A stretch of DNA of 64,000 bases from Macrostomum lignano (taxonomy: Eukaryota), in contig NIVC01001357.1 of assembly GCA_002269645.1 (NCBI GenBank), positions 124,001 through 188,000 of the forward strand, read 5' to 3'. This document shows positions 61,741 through 64,000 of the stretch, piece by piece (within the stretch, counting starts at the first letter, position 1; each line of letters starts with the position of its first letter). Both the position numbers and the translations under genes were made by a program. The notes under the pieces were generated by a model. That model was not told the DNA's origin. It worked only from the letters and a program-made list of their open reading frames with translations, and searched no databases.

Positions 61741-62566
61741 TCGGATCTAAATCGAGGATCTGATACATGTATTCAATATGAGAATATGATATATAAACTG
61801 AGGATTTGGCATCTAAATGGAGAATCTGGGATCCAAACTGAGGATCTGAAATAAAAAATGAGTATTTGGGATCTAAATCAAGGATCTGATATTCAATAAG
61901 AGAATATGGAATCTAAATTGAGGATCTGGGATCTAAACTGACGATCTGGGATCTAAACTGACGATCTGGGATCTATATCAAGGATTTGATATTCAATATG
62001 TGGATCTGGGATCGAAACTAAGGATGTGCAATAGAAATCCCTTTAAAAACCAGCATGATCGCATGACTAACAGGCAGTGCTTTCAATTATCTTATACATT
62101 AATTAAAACAGCATAGCTAATGAAGGAGCCGATAGTCAAGATATTTTAACGAGTTCAATAAACGCTTCAATTCAAAAAATCAGGGGTCTCATTTTCAACT
62201 GATTGGGGCGCCCCTTTGATCGCTAGTCAGCCTGCAACAATCAGTCATGACTGGCTTTTGCTGGGCGACTTTGAAGCAGACAAATATGCGTGTGCTAATT
62301 ATAGTTCCTGCCATTGATGTGGGCGAGCTAATGAATGGAATTGCTTGCTTTCTTTCAGTGTGGTCCCTGCAGGCACAGTTAGGATAAATAAAAAATGAAA
62401 TGCATTGTCTATTCATTTTCGTTTTTCTGCTTTTTTGCAAAAAATCGAGTTTTATTTCAGGCTGCAGATTTCAACCCGGGCAATTCAGGGTCGGGAAGTA
62501 CTTGCAGTGAGTTCATTTGTGGCGTGAGCAACGTCATACTGCACCCCCGACTGCTCTACCCCCCTT

Positions 62567-63466
62567 GTCCTACTGGCGCCTCACTTGTCCTACTGGCGCC
62601 TCACTTGTCCTACTGGCGCCTCACTTGTCCTACTGGCGCCTCACTTGTCCTACTGGCGCCTCACTTGTCCTACTGGCGCCTCACTTGTCCTACTGGCGCA
62701 TCACTTGTCCTATTGGCGCCTCACTTGTCCTACTGGCGCCTCACTTGTCTTACTGGCGCCTCACTTGTCCTACTGGCGCCTCACTTGTCCTAATGTGACG
62801 CCCTCCTTGTCCTACTGGCGCCTCACTTGTCCTACTGGCGCCTCACTTGTCCTACTGGCGCCTCACTTGTCCTACTGGCGCCTCACTTGTCCTACTGGCG
62901 CCTCACTTGTCCTAATGTGACGCCCTCCTTGTCCTACTGGCGCCTCACTTGTCCTACTGGCGCCTCACTTGTCCTACTGGCGCCTCACTTGTCCTACTGG
63001 CGCCTCACTTGTCCTACTGGCGCCTCACTTGTCCTACTGGCGCCTCACTTGTCCTACTGGCGCATCACTTGTCCTATTGGCGCCTCACTTGTCCTACTGG
63101 CGCCTCACTTGTTCTGCTGGCGCCTCACTTGTCCTACTGGCGCCTCACTTGTCCTACTGGCGCCTCACTTGTCCTACTGGCGCCTCACTTGTCCTACTGG
63201 CGCCTCACTTGTCCTACTGGCGCCTCACTTGTCCTACTGGCGCCTCACTTGTCCTACTGGCGCCTCACTTGTCCTACTGGCGCCTCACTTGTCCTACTGG
63301 CGCCTCACTTGTCCTACTGGCGCCTCACTTGTCCTACTGGCGCATCACTTGTCCTATTGGCGCCTCACTTGTCCTACTGGCGCCTCACTTGTCTTACTGG
63401 CGCCTCACTTGTCCTACTGGCGCCTCACTTGTCCTAATGTGACGCCCTCCTTGTCCTACTGGCGCC
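62567..63466. repeat. Minisatellite, 20-bp unit
   Basis: tcacttgtcctactggcgcc x ~43. Confidence 0.97.
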
Positions 63467-64000
63467 CTTTCGTTCAATTTGACGGATGCTGAGTGCACAG
63501 TAAACCAATCAAATGAATTCAAGACTTTTTTTGCTCTTTTTGATGGTGAATAGATTTTAGTGAATTTTTCACAAAATGAAATAATTTATTCAAAATCTGT
63601 CTAATATGCTTTGCAAGGATCCGAGCATTTGCAACCAATGAACGCAAGCGGCGAAAAAATTACAATTCATTTAAGCAATTCAAAATTAAAAAATTAATTT
63701 CTTTGTACTATGCCGCCTTTACTATTTAATTGATTGAATTCGTTGAAGCACTCGTCACAATCTCCGCTATTCTCGGACAGGAGGTACTAATTAATTAATT
63801 AATAATGATAAACTAAAAATGAAATTGCCAACTTGTTCGACTCTTCGACTTTTTTATTACTTTTTTTAAAAATACGTTTTTTGTTTTACCCTCTACTTTT
63901 ATGAGTATCATAAATAGATAGATACAGTAGTTGATTCTGCACATCAACTGCACAAATCTCTCTTTAGGGTTTTTTCGAGTTCCGGATTCGTATTTGATTA

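Noticed and set aside
2896-63492. Many long ORFs in the track (e.g. 7581-8120, 10508-11543, 11870-13408, 18425-19219, 20370-21444, 32967-34122, 34392-35142, 53726-54486, 62395-63492)
   Set aside because: They are translations of tandem repeats that lack stop codons. Several lie in introns of real genes, and none has a recognisable domain.

Overview
Eukaryotic (metazoan) genomic DNA with spliced GC-rich exons and many intronic minisatellites. It most resembles a flatworm such as Macrostomum lignano (inference). Host genes reconstructed by hand from GT-AG splice sites: the 3' part of a nicotinic acetylcholine receptor alpha subunit (946-5517,+); a membrane-anchored FkbM-family methyltransferase (8012-9951,-); an innexin (14945-16741,+); an unidentified spliced gene (22317-23684,-); a complete 7-exon SEC63 (25387-35521,+); and two tandem, non-canonical insulin-like peptide genes (39562-40107 and 42927-43493,+) that the ORF track does not show intact. 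The 44-53 kb interval is a dense cluster of DNA-element remnants: three defective Crypton-like tyrosine-recombinase (DUF3504-type) units, THAP/P-type elements and tiny MITEs. The octamer CCATAGAC occurs exactly 18 times in about 6.9 kb of this cluster, including as direct repeats around the recombinase genes. Also present: two CORE-domain tRNA-derived SINE copies, a hAT-type MITE with an 8-bp target-site duplication (TSD), about 20 minisatellites and a roughly 7 kb 23-bp satellite. No database searches were run; family calls rest on recognised motifs.
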